A stretch of DNA of 64,000 nt from positions 372,278-436,277 of the forward strand of contig JADJPQ010000004.1 in assembly GCA_016713175.1 (NCBI GenBank), read 5' to 3'. Position 1 is the stretch's first letter. The number at the start of each line of letters is the position of its first letter. The DNA comes from Planctomycetota bacterium. GTDB taxonomy: Bacteria > Planctomycetota > UBA1135 > UBA2386. This document shows positions 47,150 through 60,515 of the stretch, piece by piece. The notes below the pieces were generated by a model. It saw only the letters and a program-made list of their open reading frames with translations. It did no database searches and was not told the origin of the DNA. A program made the translations under genes and the position numbers.

Positions 47150-47999
47150 CGAACTCGGCCTGCGTCTTGGCCGCGGCGAACTGCTTCAGCACGCTGTCGG
47201 CCATGCCGAGCCCCATCCGCATCTGCGCCTGATCCTCCTGGTTGCCGCCGGCCGGCATCGCCGCGAGCGCCATCTTGGCCTGCTTGATCACCGTCGGCCA
47301 CTTGCGCACCAGTTCGACCGGCACCCACTTGCCCTCGACTTGCAGGTACTCTTCCTTGCTCGGCTTCTGGCCCGGGACCGTGAACTGGAGCAGCACGCGG
47401 TTGCCGTTCTGCGCCAGCGTCTTCACCGACATGCCGGCGAGCATGTCGGCGCCGGTGGAGCCATCGGCCTGTGTGGCCTGCATCAGTTGCTGCAGCAACG
47501 CGCTGCCGCCGCTCTTGCAGAACCTGGCCCCGTCGAACTTCTGCAACGCCGAGTGCTTGCCGAGTTCGCTGCCGCCGATCGCTCGCAGTGCTTGCACCAG
47601 CTGGTCGTACCCCGCTTCCATCTGGGCCTTCTGGGCGCCCGGTGACAACTGCTTCAATGCCGGCGTGTTCAGCACGAACTGCTTCTTGTCGGCGAGCACC
47701 TCGGCGGCCTGCTGGAGGATGACGAACGCCTGCTCGTACAGCCGCGCATCGACCTTGTCGGCCATCGTCCGGACGGTGGTGTTGACGTCGGTCTGCCAGC
47801 TCTTGGGCAGGAACTCCCACAGCGCGGCGCCCTGGCCATCCCGCAGGCTGGCGATCAGGTTCTTGCAGGCCTGCTCGGCGGCGCTGCCAGCGGTGGTGGC
47901 GGCGCCGCCTGGCGCGGCTGGAGGCTGTTGGTCCTGGGCGGGCAGGACAGTGGCGAACAGGGCGGTGGCAACGGACAACAGGCCGCGGTGCAGATGCAT
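47085..47999 (-). CDS. Hypothetical secreted protein
   Basis: Signal peptide MHLHRGLLSVATALFATVLPAQ. Helical, Gln/Ala/Lys-rich. No motif recognised. Start chosen at the signal-peptide Met. Confidence 0.5.
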   Translation of the reverse strand: MHLHRGLLSVATALFATVLPAQDQQPPAAPGGAATTAGSAAEQACKNLIASLRDGQGAALWEFLPKSWQTDVNTTVRTMADKVDARLYEQAFVILQQAAEVLADKKQFVLNTPALKQLSPGAQKAQMEAGYDQLVQALRAIGGSELGKHSALQKFDGARFCKSGGSALLQQLMQATQADGSTGADMLAGMSVKTLAQNGNRVLLQFTVPGQKPSKEEYLQVEGKWVPVELVRKWPTVIKQAKMALAAMPAGGNQEDQAQMRMGLGMADSVLKQFAAAKTQAEFDAVFSGLQGLAGGQARAQRRR

Positions 48000-48166
48000 G
48001 GTCTCCTTCCCTCGAAGTGCGCACGGCGACTGCCGCCGCGTGCTGTCGGGGAATCGGACGCTGCGTGCCGCCGCTGGAGCGTTGCTCGACAAGTTCCCGC
48101 AGCGGGACGTGGCGGGCGTGGCGTCTGGCGACGCCTGGCGCCGTCGGTGCGGCGGGACGCGGCGGT

Positions 48167-48877
48167 TCAGTCGTTGCGCCACAACCAGGCGCCGCCGCGG
48201 ATGCCAGCGACGTTGTCGACGAGCGTGATGTCGGCGGTCGTCGGCTTCGGCAGCAAACGCGAGTTGCCGCCGCCGATGTACAGGTGGTCGAACAGCGTCA
48301 GCGTGCGCATCGCCTGCACGGCGAGTTCGACCCGCTGGCGCCAGGCGTCGTCGCCGAGCCGTTTGCGCGCGGCGTCGCCGACCTGCTGGTTGTAGGTCTC
48401 GTTGTCGCGGAACGGATGGTGCGCGAGTTCGAGGTGTGGTCCGAGGCGGCCGTTCTCGTATAGCGCCGAGCCAAAGCCGGTGCCGAGCGTGATGACCAGC
48501 TCGAGGCCCTTGCCGGCGATGACGGCAAAGCCCTGGATGTCGGCGTCGTTGCCGAGGCGGCAGGGCTGGCCGAGGCGCTGCGCGAGGGCGTCGGCGAGCG
48601 GGAAGCCGGGCCAGTCGGCGTGATGCAGCAGGGGCGCCGAGCGGACCCGGTGGCCGCGAACGACCCCGGGCCAGCCGACCGCGATCCGATCGAACGGCGG
48701 TAGGCGGGACGCGAGTCGGGCGAGTTCTTCGACCAGCTGCTGCGGCGGTGCGTTGACCGGGGTGTCGAAGCGCAGTGGCTCGTGGAGGAGGTTGCCCGCC
48801 GGATCCAGCACGGAGGCCTTGGTGTGGGTGCCGCCGATGTCGACGGCGAAGATGGCGGTGGGGGGCTGCGCGGGCAC
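48167..48877 (-). CDS. ROK-family sugar kinase/regulator-like protein (glucokinase-like)
   Basis: N-terminal ATPase motif IFAVDIGGTHTKASVLD. A ROK-like Cys/His region (GHRVRSAPLLHHADWPGFPL...GNDADIQG). Proposed GTG start at 48877 just before the DIGGT motif. The 102-codon upstream extension in the track is Arg/His-rich junk that would overlap the divergent gene. Confidence 0.55.
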   Translation of the reverse strand: MPAQPPTAIFAVDIGGTHTKASVLDPAGNLLHEPLRFDTPVNAPPQQLVEELARLASRLPPFDRIAVGWPGVVRGHRVRSAPLLHHADWPGFPLADALAQRLGQPCRLGNDADIQGFAVIAGKGLELVITLGTGFGSALYENGRLGPHLELAHHPFRDNETYNQQVGDAARKRLGDDAWRQRVELAVQAMRTLTLFDHLYIGGGNSRLLPKPTTADITLVDNVAGIRGGAWLWRND

Positions 48878-48925
48878 CCGGTCACGAAAGCGGATCGTCA
48901 GAGCTTGCGCCAGTGGCCAGCGTCG

Positions 48926-49981
48926 ATGCGCAGCGAATCGACGGCGGGGCCCTCGTTGTTGCCTGGACCATGCCCGAACTTCGGGAGCCTGAGGATCCGT
49001 GAACCGGCGCGCCGCGGTACCGTTCCTGTCGTCGTGCCCTTGCCGGTGTCCTTGCCCTGGTTGCTGCTGATGCTGTCGACCGTGGCGTCGGCGCAGTCGT
49101 TCTTCGAGAGTGCGCGACGAGCCGACGGGTCCTGGCCGGTCGTCGATCACGGGGGTCGGCCGGAGGCCGAACTGCGCGTGCAAGCGTTGGTCGTGCTGAT
49201 GTACGTCAACGATGGGTCGAACAGCCGTTCCGGCCCATGGCGAGAGATCGTGCGACCGTCAGTGGCCTGGTTGCAACGCACCCAGGATCGGCAAGGGCGA
49301 CTTGGGCTGCGGTCCGATCCAGACTGGCTGCTGGATCATGCCTTCGCCACTTGCGCGCTGGTCGAACATGCGCGGCATGCCGGGTGGCAGGCGCGCAAGA
49401 ACTGGTCGTCTGCGCTCGCCGCGGTCGCCGCCCTGCGGGTCCAGCTCGGGTACCAGCGGCACGGGATCGCCGCAGAGTTGGCCTTGTGGACGCGATGGAT
49501 CGCGATGGCGTTGGCCGCCGCTTCGCGTTCTGTCGGCAACGCGCGCGAGGTCGTGGCGCCAACCCTCGAGGCGGCCGCGTGCCAGCTGCGAACTGCGCTG
49601 GCGTTGCAGCGCCTGCAACACCCCGAGTCGGTGCGCGATCGAGCGGCGGCGTTCTTGCTGGCCGAGGTCACGGGCTGGCAGTCGATGAGATTGTCGGTCG
49701 CGCCGTGGCCCGAAGATCCCGTCGCCGAGCCACTGGCGGCGTTCTACGTGCTACTCGCACGCTTCCGGATCGGTGGACACCCGTGGATGCCGGCGAGTCG
49801 ATGGGCCAGACAACAGTTGGTTCGCAAGTTCGGCGCGGGGGAGCCCGCGCACTTGCGCGACACCCTCGCACCAACGGGGGCATTCGGGGCCGAGAACGGC
49901 CGGATCGGCACGACTGCGGCCGGGATCCTGGCCACGACGGTCTACTACCGCTACTGCCGGTTCGCGCTGCTCGAGGACTGA
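48926..49981 (+). CDS. Secreted prenyltransferase/squalene-oxidase-repeat (terpenoid cyclase-like alpha/alpha toroid) protein
   Basis: Signal-like VPVVVPLPVSLPWLLLMLSTVASAQS. The DGSWP...DHG and QDRQGRLG...W motifs recur, as in squalene-cyclase-type repeats. Start uncertain (48926, or a later start near the hydrophobic segment). Confidence 0.5.
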   Translation: MRSESTAGPSLLPGPCPNFGSLRIREPARRGTVPVVVPLPVSLPWLLLMLSTVASAQSFFESARRADGSWPVVDHGGRPEAELRVQALVVLMYVNDGSNSRSGPWREIVRPSVAWLQRTQDRQGRLGLRSDPDWLLDHAFATCALVEHARHAGWQARKNWSSALAAVAALRVQLGYQRHGIAAELALWTRWIAMALAAASRSVGNAREVVAPTLEAAACQLRTALALQRLQHPESVRDRAAAFLLAEVTGWQSMRLSVAPWPEDPVAEPLAAFYVLLARFRIGGHPWMPASRWARQQLVRKFGAGEPAHLRDTLAPTGAFGAENGRIGTTAAGILATTVYYRYCRFALLED

Positions 49982-49982
49982 G

Positions 49983-51323
49983 TCACTGCACCGGTTGCCA
50001 CGCGGTTGCGTCCGGTTCGGTCGTCAGGTCGATCTTGCCGGCGGGGAACACGGCCCTGGGCGACAGCGGTTCGGTGAACGGCTCGGCGGCGGCGGTGCGG
50101 CGCAGCACGACGCCCGCTTGCGTGACCAGGAAGGCATCGACGCCGCTCTTGCCTCGTTCGATCGGCCAGGCCAGCACCAGGAAGTGCTGTTCGGCGAGGC
50201 CGGCATCGATCGGCGCGGCGGCATCCGCGCCGTCGGCGGCGATCGGCACCCCGTCCTTGCCGGGCAGCCAGACCTGGAAGCAGTAGCCGGCGCGCGTGAC
50301 GACGCCGTTCTCGGCTTTCGCCAGGGCCTTGCTGAGCACCGGCGGCGAGATCCTCGTCGACTCGGAGCCGCGGACCACGGTCGTGCCGGTCAGTTCGAGG
50401 AAACCGCCGAACTCGCCTTTGCCGTCGCGATCGACGTCGATCACGCTGCTCGCCAGGCACTGCATCTGCGCTGATGCGATGTTGCGCAGCGTCGCGATCG
50501 CCGCGCTTTCGTTGCGGAACGCGATCCTGGGCACGAGCGCATCGCTCTGGATCACGACGACCAGTCGTTCGTTCCGGCTCTCCAGTCGCACGCCGGCGGC
50601 ACGCACGGCGTCGTCGCCGAGTCCGAGCAGCAGCGCGGTGGCGCCGCAGCGCGGGCCGTGCAGGCGGGCGCTGCCGGCGGTGTCGGCGCGCGCCTGGGCG
50701 ATCGGCAGCGGTCGCGGCGACGCGATCGTGTGCTGGTAGCCCTGTCCCTGGGGCACGACCTGTACCTGCACGTTCGCGAGTGGCTTGCCGTCGGCGTCGA
50801 CGAACAGGATCTCGTCGCGGGCGCTGACCTGATCGAGCCAGAGCCACAGATGGCCTTGTTCGCCGGTGCCCGGCTGCCGCAGCACGTCCGCGAACGTGCC
50901 CACGCTGCCCTTGGCGAGCGCGAGCTCGGCGGCGGGCTCGATGGCGCTGCCGGATTCCAGTTCGCAGACGAGGGTCGTGCCGTCCGCATGCAGCAACAGC
51001 CCACGCTGCGCGGTTGCGTCGGCGGTCGTCGGCCAGGCCAGCGCGAACCACGGGGTGCCGGGACCCAGTTCGGCTGCAGGGACGATCGCTTGTTCTTCGG
51101 CGCGGAAGAACAGGATGCGGTATTGGCGGATGCCGACGCCTTCGCGCGGCATCGGCGTCGTCTTGGTCTGCAGTTCGGTGCGGCGTTGCTGCAGCCAGGT
51201 CAGTGCCTGGGCCTCGACCGGCGACCAGTCGCCGCTGCGGACCTCGCCGGCGGGCACTGGGTCCTGGCCGCTGGCCGCGACAACCACCAGGGCGAACACG
51301 AGGGCGGCGGATCCGATCGGCAT
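49983..51323 (-). CDS. Hypothetical secreted protein
   Basis: Signal peptide MPIGSAALVFALVVVAASGQ. 446 aa, beta-rich. No recognisable motif. Confidence 0.5.
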   Translation of the reverse strand: MPIGSAALVFALVVVAASGQDPVPAGEVRSGDWSPVEAQALTWLQQRRTELQTKTTPMPREGVGIRQYRILFFRAEEQAIVPAAELGPGTPWFALAWPTTADATAQRGLLLHADGTTLVCELESGSAIEPAAELALAKGSVGTFADVLRQPGTGEQGHLWLWLDQVSARDEILFVDADGKPLANVQVQVVPQGQGYQHTIASPRPLPIAQARADTAGSARLHGPRCGATALLLGLGDDAVRAAGVRLESRNERLVVVIQSDALVPRIAFRNESAAIATLRNIASAQMQCLASSVIDVDRDGKGEFGGFLELTGTTVVRGSESTRISPPVLSKALAKAENGVVTRAGYCFQVWLPGKDGVPIAADGADAAAPIDAGLAEQHFLVLAWPIERGKSGVDAFLVTQAGVVLRRTAAAEPFTEPLSPRAVFPAGKIDLTTEPDATAWQPVQ

Positions 51324-51406
51324 GGCCCTGTCATCGGCATTCGGTCATCGCGAGCGCAACAAGTTGCCGCTGGGTGGAGGCGTTGGCGGGGTTCTCCGGG
51401 CGTGCC

Positions 51407-52684
51407 TCACCAGATGGGAACCGGCTCGCCGCGTTCACAGGCCGCGAGCCGTCGTTCCAGCAGCCGGCGCTCTGGTTCAGAACACGGTTGCGCCAGGGCC
51501 ATCCGCAGCGCCGTCGTCGCCGCCGCCAGATTCCCGAGTTCCCAGTGCATCTGCGCGCGTACCGCGCCGAACAGGAAGTAGTCGTCGAGCGCCTTGTCCT
51601 GTTCCAGATCGGCGAGCGTGGCCAGGCCGGCCGTCGCCCCGTGCACCTTGCCGACGGCGACCGCGCGGTTGAGGCGCACGATCGGCGAGGGCGCCAGCGC
51701 CAGCAGGCGATCGTACTCCCGCAGGATGCGCTCCCAGTTCGTCGCCGCGTAGCTCGGCGCCGCCGCGTGCAGCGAGGCGATCGCGGCCTCGACATGGAAG
51801 GCCGTCAGGGTCGCGTCGCCGATCGACCTCTGGAAGTGCAGGAACCCGTATTCGATCCAGGTGCGGCGCCAGCGAGAACGATCCTGTTGCGCCAGCGGCA
51901 CCAGATCGCCCTGGTCATCGCTGCGGGCCGGGATGCGAGCGCCGAGCAACAGCATCAGCGCCATCAACGCATGCGCCTGCCTGGTCGCGGTCACCGGCAT
52001 CTCCAGCACCAGGGCCACCAGCCGGATCGCTTCGTCGATCAGGTCGGCCCGGACCAGATCGGCTCCGGCATGGCTGCGATAGCCTTCGTTGAACACCAGG
52101 TAGATCACCTGCAGCACCAGATCGAGGCGGGCTGCGAGTTCCGCCGGTCCCGGCAGTTCGAAAACCGCATCGCTGGCCTGCAGCTTCGCCTTCGCTCGCA
52201 CCAGCCGCTGCGCAATCGTGCCTTCCTTCTGCAACAGCGCGCGTGCGATCGCCGGCACGCCGAAGCCGCAGACCGTCTTCAGGATCAGCGGCACGCGGGC
52301 GTCGGCGGGTACTTCGGGATGGCTGCAGACGAACAGCAGGCGCAGCGTGTCATCGGCGAGGGGCTCGGTCTCGGCGGGGGTGTCGCCGGTCGGCACTTCG
52401 CGGCTGGCCCATTGCCGCAGTTGCTCGTCGACTTTGGCGGCGATCTTCTGGCGGCGCAGCGAGTCGAGCGCGAGGTTGCGCGCGACGCGGAACACCCAGG
52501 CCTCGGGCTGATCGGGAACACCTTCGGCGGGCCAGACCCGCAGGGCCCGCAGTAGCGCTTCCTGCACGACGTCCTCGACGAGGTCGAGGCGGCCGGGCCC
52601 GAGCACATGGCACAGGCCGGCGACCATGCGGGCATAGCGGTGCCGAAACAGCTCGGCGACCAGGTCCGGCGGCAGCGGGGCCAT
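51407..52684 (-). CDS. ECF-type sigma factor with a long C-terminal extension (the type found next to YciI-like genes)
   Basis: Region 2 (VQEALLRALRVWPAEG...EAWVFRVARNLALDSLRR) and region 4 (LLFVCSHPEVPADARVPLILKTVCGFGVPAIARAL), plus about 230 aa of C-terminal extension. Adjacent to a YciI/DGPF gene, as is typical. Confidence 0.75.
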   Translation of the reverse strand: MAPLPPDLVAELFRHRYARMVAGLCHVLGPGRLDLVEDVVQEALLRALRVWPAEGVPDQPEAWVFRVARNLALDSLRRQKIAAKVDEQLRQWASREVPTGDTPAETEPLADDTLRLLFVCSHPEVPADARVPLILKTVCGFGVPAIARALLQKEGTIAQRLVRAKAKLQASDAVFELPGPAELAARLDLVLQVIYLVFNEGYRSHAGADLVRADLIDEAIRLVALVLEMPVTATRQAHALMALMLLLGARIPARSDDQGDLVPLAQQDRSRWRRTWIEYGFLHFQRSIGDATLTAFHVEAAIASLHAAAPSYAATNWERILREYDRLLALAPSPIVRLNRAVAVGKVHGATAGLATLADLEQDKALDDYFLFGAVRAQMHWELGNLAAATTALRMALAQPCSEPERRLLERRLAACERGEPVPIW

Positions 52685-52701
52685 CGTTCGGCCCGGGTTG
52701 T

Positions 52702-53067
52702 CTAGTTCTCGGGACCGCCGAGGAAGTCCAGTTCGCGCACTTCGATGCTGCCGAAGATCAGGTTGGGGTGGCCGTCACACAGCTTCACGGCGTGCTCGTA
52801 GCTGTCGGCTTTGACGATGTAGATGCCGCCGACGACTTCCTTGGACTCGACGTACGGGCCGTCCTTGACCTCGACCTTCTTGCCGCGGGGCCAGATCACC
52901 TTGCCGCCCTGGTCGGTCAGCTTCTGGCCGAACTGCAGGCGGCCCTCGGCGCCGAGCCTGGTCGCCCAGGCTTCGTATTCGCCCAGGATCCGGGCGAAGT
53001 CATCGGGCGTGAACTGGCTGTAGTCGGCGGCAGCGTCGCCGCGCAGGATCAGCATGAACTTGGGCAT
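52702..53067 (-). CDS. YciI-like (DGPF/Dabb-fold) protein
   Basis: MPKFMLILRGD...GPYVESKEVVGGIYIVKADSYEHAVKLCDGHP. Size (121 aa), motif and the sigma-factor neighbourhood are classic. Confidence 0.75.
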   Translation of the reverse strand: MPKFMLILRGDAAADYSQFTPDDFARILGEYEAWATRLGAEGRLQFGQKLTDQGGKVIWPRGKKVEVKDGPYVESKEVVGGIYIVKADSYEHAVKLCDGHPNLIFGSIEVRELDFLGGPEN

Positions 53068-53199
53068 CGTCGTATCGGGGTTGCGCCGGGGGTGCCGGCT
53101 GGGGCAAAGCTGACGATCGGCGGCGATGCGGGACGACTGCGACTTCGGAAATCGCGTGGATTCGCGGCCGCGCGAACAGGCGAAATCGCCTCGGGACGA

Positions 53200-56268
<3,069 letters not shown>

Positions 56269-56385
56269 GGTGGGGGGAAGGGTTCTATCCGCGCGCCCGG
56301 CACGGGGCAAAAGCCAGCGGTCGCGGCGCTGGATTTCTCCACAACGCTCCAGTCGGACGGGGAATCTGCCGATGCCATCGGGGCG

Positions 56386-57099
56386 ATGACCAAGCGACTC
56401 CTGGCCGTGCCGTTCTCGACCGTGCTCATGTTGCTGGCTGCTTGCGAGACGCAGCAGCGGGCGGATCTGGCGACCAACTCGACGATCTACGAGGGGCGGC
56501 CCTACGTGGCGCGCGAGCCGGGGGACCGGGCGATCTACGTGCTGCCGGTTGCCGATGGCCGGTCGGCGGTGGAGCCGGCAGCCGGTCAGGACGGGTTCCC
56601 GGTCGCCTACGACGGCGATGCGCGCTGGGACCGGCCGGTGGACGCGATGGTGGCCGAAGTGCTGCAGCGCGAACTGATCGATTCGGGGGTGTTCAGCCGC
56701 CTGCTCGACGAACCGGATCGCTGCGAACTGATCCTGCGGCCGACGCTGACGTCGTTCGTCACCGGCGCGATGGAGGTGGACACCGGTGGTCGTTCGCTGG
56801 CGGAGATCGGTTTGCGCATCGAGATCTTCGGACCACAGGAAGCGACCGGGCAGCGGCCGCTGCTGCACGATCAGGTCTACGGCGATCGGCAGATGTCGTC
56901 ACCGGCGCTGTTGCCGCCGAGTTCGTACCTGATGGCGGGGCGGGCGCTGCGGATGACGATGGCGCAGGCCCTGGCTGCACTCGACAAGAACGGCGTGGCG
57001 CGATCGCTGCCGTCGCCGCTGGCGCCGGAGCGGTTGCTGCAGCTCGGCATTCCGGCGACGCCGGCGGCGCCGGCGACACCGGCGTCGCCAGCGAAATGA
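56386..57099 (+). CDS. Lipoprotein of unknown function
   Basis: Lipobox LMLLAAC after [13 protein letters not shown]. 237 aa with a C-terminal Pro/Ala-rich tail. Confidence 0.5.
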   Translation: MTKRLLAVPFSTVLMLLAACETQQRADLATNSTIYEGRPYVAREPGDRAIYVLPVADGRSAVEPAAGQDGFPVAYDGDARWDRPVDAMVAEVLQRELIDSGVFSRLLDEPDRCELILRPTLTSFVTGAMEVDTGGRSLAEIGLRIEIFGPQEATGQRPLLHDQVYGDRQMSSPALLPPSSYLMAGRALRMTMAQALAALDKNGVARSLPSPLAPERLLQLGIPATPAAPATPASPAK

Positions 57100-57491
57100 A
57101 CGTCACTCTCGGGGGAGGCCAGCGCCACCGGTGCATGCGGCAAGGCTTCGCTGGGCGCCGCGGCGAAGGGCGCTGAGCCTTCGCTGACCCGACTCTGGCT
57201 GAACGGCCTGGTCGGGTGCGGACTGGTGACCGCGCCAGGTGAGGGCGCCCGCACGGAGTCGAAGGCGCTGCGGCTGCCGACTCGACCGGCCACTTTCTTC
57301 AGGATTCCTGGCCGGACTTGGCAGTGGGGAACGGAGAAGGCCATGGGCCAACCGCCCTGGCATGCACCCACACTTCGCGCACCGTAGCGATTCCAGCGCA
57401 GCATCGGCACCGAAGGCCCCACGGGAACGCTTTGGCGGCTGGCGGCGGTCGGTCGAACACTGCACACTGCTCGAAGCGGAAGTGGGTAGTC

Positions 57492-59690
57492 ATGTGGTCT
57501 TGTGACCTCTGCAACCAGTCTGTCGACGGGGTTCAAGGCGCCATGTATGCTCCTGGTCAGTTCCGCCAACTCGTCGCTGCCGGCTACTCGCCGGCCGATC
57601 GAATGGCATATCTGGCCGTTACCGCGCAGATCGCCGCCCTGCCGGTCGACGTTCTGCTCGAACGCTGGCGAACCAACGTGGTTGCCGGCCGCACGACCGA
57701 CTGGCGGCTATGCCCCGGGTGTGCCGAGGGGGCCTCGAAGTTCGTCCAGGATCGTGATCCGCTCGCCGCGGCGATCGATGCGCTGTATCACGCGGAGGAA
57801 CGGGGCGAGGCTGCGGCCAGCTACCGTCTCGTCGGCGAAGAGTCGGCAGGCGTCGAAGTCACGGTCCGGGGTCTCCGCAAGCTGATCCTCGGCCCGACCT
57901 TGCGCCAAGGAGCGTGGGAGTGTTGCCTCGGGAAAGCAGGGCCATGGCTACCGGTAGGCCTGCTTCGGGACTCGTTGCTGGTGGCCATGCCGACTGCGGC
58001 TGTCGCCCCTCGCCAGCCGCCACCGTTGCCAACGACGCCACCAAGCGGTGGTGGCGACGCGCAGAGGCCGAATCGTGCGGCCATGGAGGCGACGGCACCG
58101 GTGCTGATTGTCGCGCCGCCGCAAGTCGAGGCGGCGATGGCGCCACCTGAGAAGTCATCGTTGGCGACCCAAGGCAACCACCACGCTCCCATCGTGGCCG
58201 CGGGCGCGGCTTCGTCGCATGAACACGCGTTTCGCGACCTGGTAGCCGAGCAGCTGCGCCGTTCGCCGTGGCTTGGTCTGTTGCTGGCGATGCATGGGGT
58301 GGCAATCGTTGCGCTGTGGTTGCTCTCCCCAGTAGCCAACGAAGCAGTTCGATCGGCCCGTACTGCGATCGTGTTGAACCCTGCCGACGTCGTCGTGCTG
58401 TCGCCCCAGGCGACCCTGCCGCCGATCAATGCAGAAACTTCAGATGTGCCGACCGAGCTGGAGGCCCAGTTGCTGTCGGAGGAGGCGCAGATACCTTTCG
58501 TCGACGAGATCGAACCCTTCACCGACTTCGAAGCCGATGAGATCGGTCAGGACGAGACCGGGTGGGGCGCCGCGATTGCGCCGACCGGCCGCATCGGGGC
58601 GGAAGCCAGCGCCCGCGTGCGCCGCAAGCAGGCAAGCAACCCGGCGTTTGCTGCCGCGATCGATGCCGGTCTGCGTTGGTTGCGAAACCACCAGGACGAG
58701 GACGGTCGCTGGGATTGCGGCGGGTTCATGAAGCACGACAAGAACGGCGTGCCGGGCGACGGTGGTGGCAACGCTGCGTACGACGTGGGCGTGACCGCGT
58801 TGGCTCTGTTGGCATTCCTTGGCGATGGGCACACGCTGCGCGAAGGCACCTATCGCGATGTTGTTCAAAAGGCCGTGAAATGGCTGCGATCGCAGCAGCA
58901 GCCGGTTGGTCGATTCGGTGCAGGCAACCATGGAAAGGAGTTCTACAATCACGCGGTTGCGAGTTATGCGATCTGCGAGGCCCAAGGGTTGTCTGGCTAC
59001 GAGTCGCTGCGCCCGATGGCACAGATGGCGCTGGACTATCTGGTCAGTCGCCGGAATCCGGGTGCGGCGTGGCGATATTCGCCCTTCGACCGGGACAACG
59101 ATCTGTCGGTCACCGGCTGGTGTATCATGGCCTGCAAATCGGGGCAGCACTTTGGTCTGCAGGTGGACCCTGAAGCGCTGGCGCAGCCCGAGCGTTGGAT
59201 CGATAGTGTGACGGACGAGTACGGCGTCCACGAATACATGCCCGGCTGGCCCTGGGCGCGCGAGGGCGAGGCTGCCCTCGCGCGGTATCCCGGAGACAAA
59301 TGCGCGACCATGACCGCGGTCGGTTTGTTCTGTCGTTTCTTCCTCGGCCAGGATCAGAAGCGGAATCCGTGCATGCGCCTGGCTGCGGACGAGATCCTCT
59401 CCAAGCCGCCGACCTGGGACGAAGCCGGTGGCTCGATCGACTGCTACTATTGGTACTACGCCACCTACGCGCTGTATCAGATGGGAGGAGCGCGCTGGGA
59501 CAAATGGCGCCAGCCGCTGACGACGGCGGTGGTGCGGACGCAGATCAAAGATGGCCGGCGGCCCAACGTGTTCGGTTCATGGGATCCGCACAACGATGTG
59601 TGGGGCGAGGCCGGTGGACGTGTCTACATGACCGCGATGTTGACGCTCACTCTCGAGGCCTACTACCGTTACACGAGGCTGATCCGATGA
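57492..59690 (+). CDS. Membrane-anchored protein with an N-terminal Cys-rich (zinc-ribbon-like) segment and a C-terminal prenyltransferase/squalene-cyclase-repeat domain
   Basis: MWSCDLCNQ...CPGC zinc-ribbon-like region. TM helix WLGLLLAMHGVAIVALWLL. The C-terminus has repeated (D/Q)xDGRW/GxW motifs (NHQDEDGRWDCGG, SQQQPVGRFGAG, GWCIMAC, YYWYYATYALYQMG), as in terpenoid cyclases. Stop overlaps the start of the ECF sigma gene (ATGA). Confidence 0.6.
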   Translation: MWSCDLCNQSVDGVQGAMYAPGQFRQLVAAGYSPADRMAYLAVTAQIAALPVDVLLERWRTNVVAGRTTDWRLCPGCAEGASKFVQDRDPLAAAIDALYHAEERGEAAASYRLVGEESAGVEVTVRGLRKLILGPTLRQGAWECCLGKAGPWLPVGLLRDSLLVAMPTAAVAPRQPPPLPTTPPSGGGDAQRPNRAAMEATAPVLIVAPPQVEAAMAPPEKSSLATQGNHHAPIVAAGAASSHEHAFRDLVAEQLRRSPWLGLLLAMHGVAIVALWLLSPVANEAVRSARTAIVLNPADVVVLSPQATLPPINAETSDVPTELEAQLLSEEAQIPFVDEIEPFTDFEADEIGQDETGWGAAIAPTGRIGAEASARVRRKQASNPAFAAAIDAGLRWLRNHQDEDGRWDCGGFMKHDKNGVPGDGGGNAAYDVGVTALALLAFLGDGHTLREGTYRDVVQKAVKWLRSQQQPVGRFGAGNHGKEFYNHAVASYAICEAQGLSGYESLRPMAQMALDYLVSRRNPGAAWRYSPFDRDNDLSVTGWCIMACKSGQHFGLQVDPEALAQPERWIDSVTDEYGVHEYMPGWPWAREGEAALARYPGDKCATMTAVGLFCRFFLGQDQKRNPCMRLAADEILSKPPTWDEAGGSIDCYYWYYATYALYQMGGARWDKWRQPLTTAVVRTQIKDGRRPNVFGSWDPHNDVWGEAGGRVYMTAMLTLTLEAYYRYTRLIR

Positions 59691-60448
59691 AGCTGCACTG
59701 CCGCTCGGGATCCGACCGCTCAGCGGGCGTCCAACCGCGAACTGACGCGGTGACGCCGCTTCGTACTCCATGCTTGTTTCCCTGCCTCGGCGTGCTACCT
59801 TCGCCAGCCCAACGGAGGTTGGTTCCGAACGTGGCGATCCCAGATTACCAGCGTTGGCAGTCGGAGCTGGCCGGAACTGCAGAACAACGCCGGTCTGCGT
59901 GCGGCGAGATCTGTGAACACGCCTGGGCGATCGCCGGTCGGCGGATTCGCACTCGGCTGCACACTTCGATGGCCCAGCGGTGGGAACAGACCGGGGATCT
60001 GTGGTCCGACATCTCCACCCGGCTCTGGAACATGCTGCGAACCGGCAGCGTGCCATTGAAGGACGACCGCCACCTGCTCAACCTGACGAACCAGGTGGCG
60101 GGGCGTGTGCTCGTGGACATGTTGCGACGGCACTACGGAGAACGCGGCATGGGGAACCTCGAGACCCGGGCCGCAGTGAGAAGTGGCGACGGTGCAAGTG
60201 AGGCTCCGACGGCGGAGGCGGTCGAGCGGGACTCGGTCATCGATCTGATGATGTGTCGCGAGTTCCACGAGTGGGTCGCGAAGTTGGAAGAGCCGGCACG
60301 GGAGCTTTGCTACCTGAAGTTCTACTCGGGCATGACTGACGACGAAGCCGCAGCGATCGTCATCGAATCCGCTCGAAACGTGCGGCGCGATTGGGCGTTG
60401 ATCAGAGTGAGGATTGCGGAAGCGGCCGCAGAACGCTGGCCGGACTGA
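59687..60448 (+). CDS. ECF-type sigma factor
   Basis: Region 2-like (QRWQSELAGTAEQRRSACGEICEHAWAIAGRRIR) and a region 4 HTH (ARELCYLKFYSGMTDDEAAAIV). ATG overlaps the upstream gene stop. The track ORF begins 129 codons earlier, inside the upstream gene. Confidence 0.65.
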   Translation: MKLHCRSGSDRSAGVQPRTDAVTPLRTPCLFPCLGVLPSPAQRRLVPNVAIPDYQRWQSELAGTAEQRRSACGEICEHAWAIAGRRIRTRLHTSMAQRWEQTGDLWSDISTRLWNMLRTGSVPLKDDRHLLNLTNQVAGRVLVDMLRRHYGERGMGNLETRAAVRSGDGASEAPTAEAVERDSVIDLMMCREFHEWVAKLEEPARELCYLKFYSGMTDDEAAAIVIESARNVRRDWALIRVRIAEAAAERWPD

Positions 60449-60515
60449 AGCACATCTGCTGACCAAGTTCGGTCTCCTGGTGTGCCGGCGGTGTTCTCTT
60501 TTGGATCGGAGGCAG

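Noticed and set aside
56269-56868. 200-codon N-terminal extension of the aconitase ORF in the track
   Set aside because: Aconitase homology begins at MPGTNPF. The extension is Arg/His-rich and overlaps the divergent lipoprotein gene.
57100-57491. 390-bp intergenic region inspected for a tRNA or sRNA
   Set aside because: No T-loop-like GGTTCGAATCC motif or cloverleaf is evident. It contains only an imperfect inverted repeat around 57150–57260. Not callable without a tRNA scanner.
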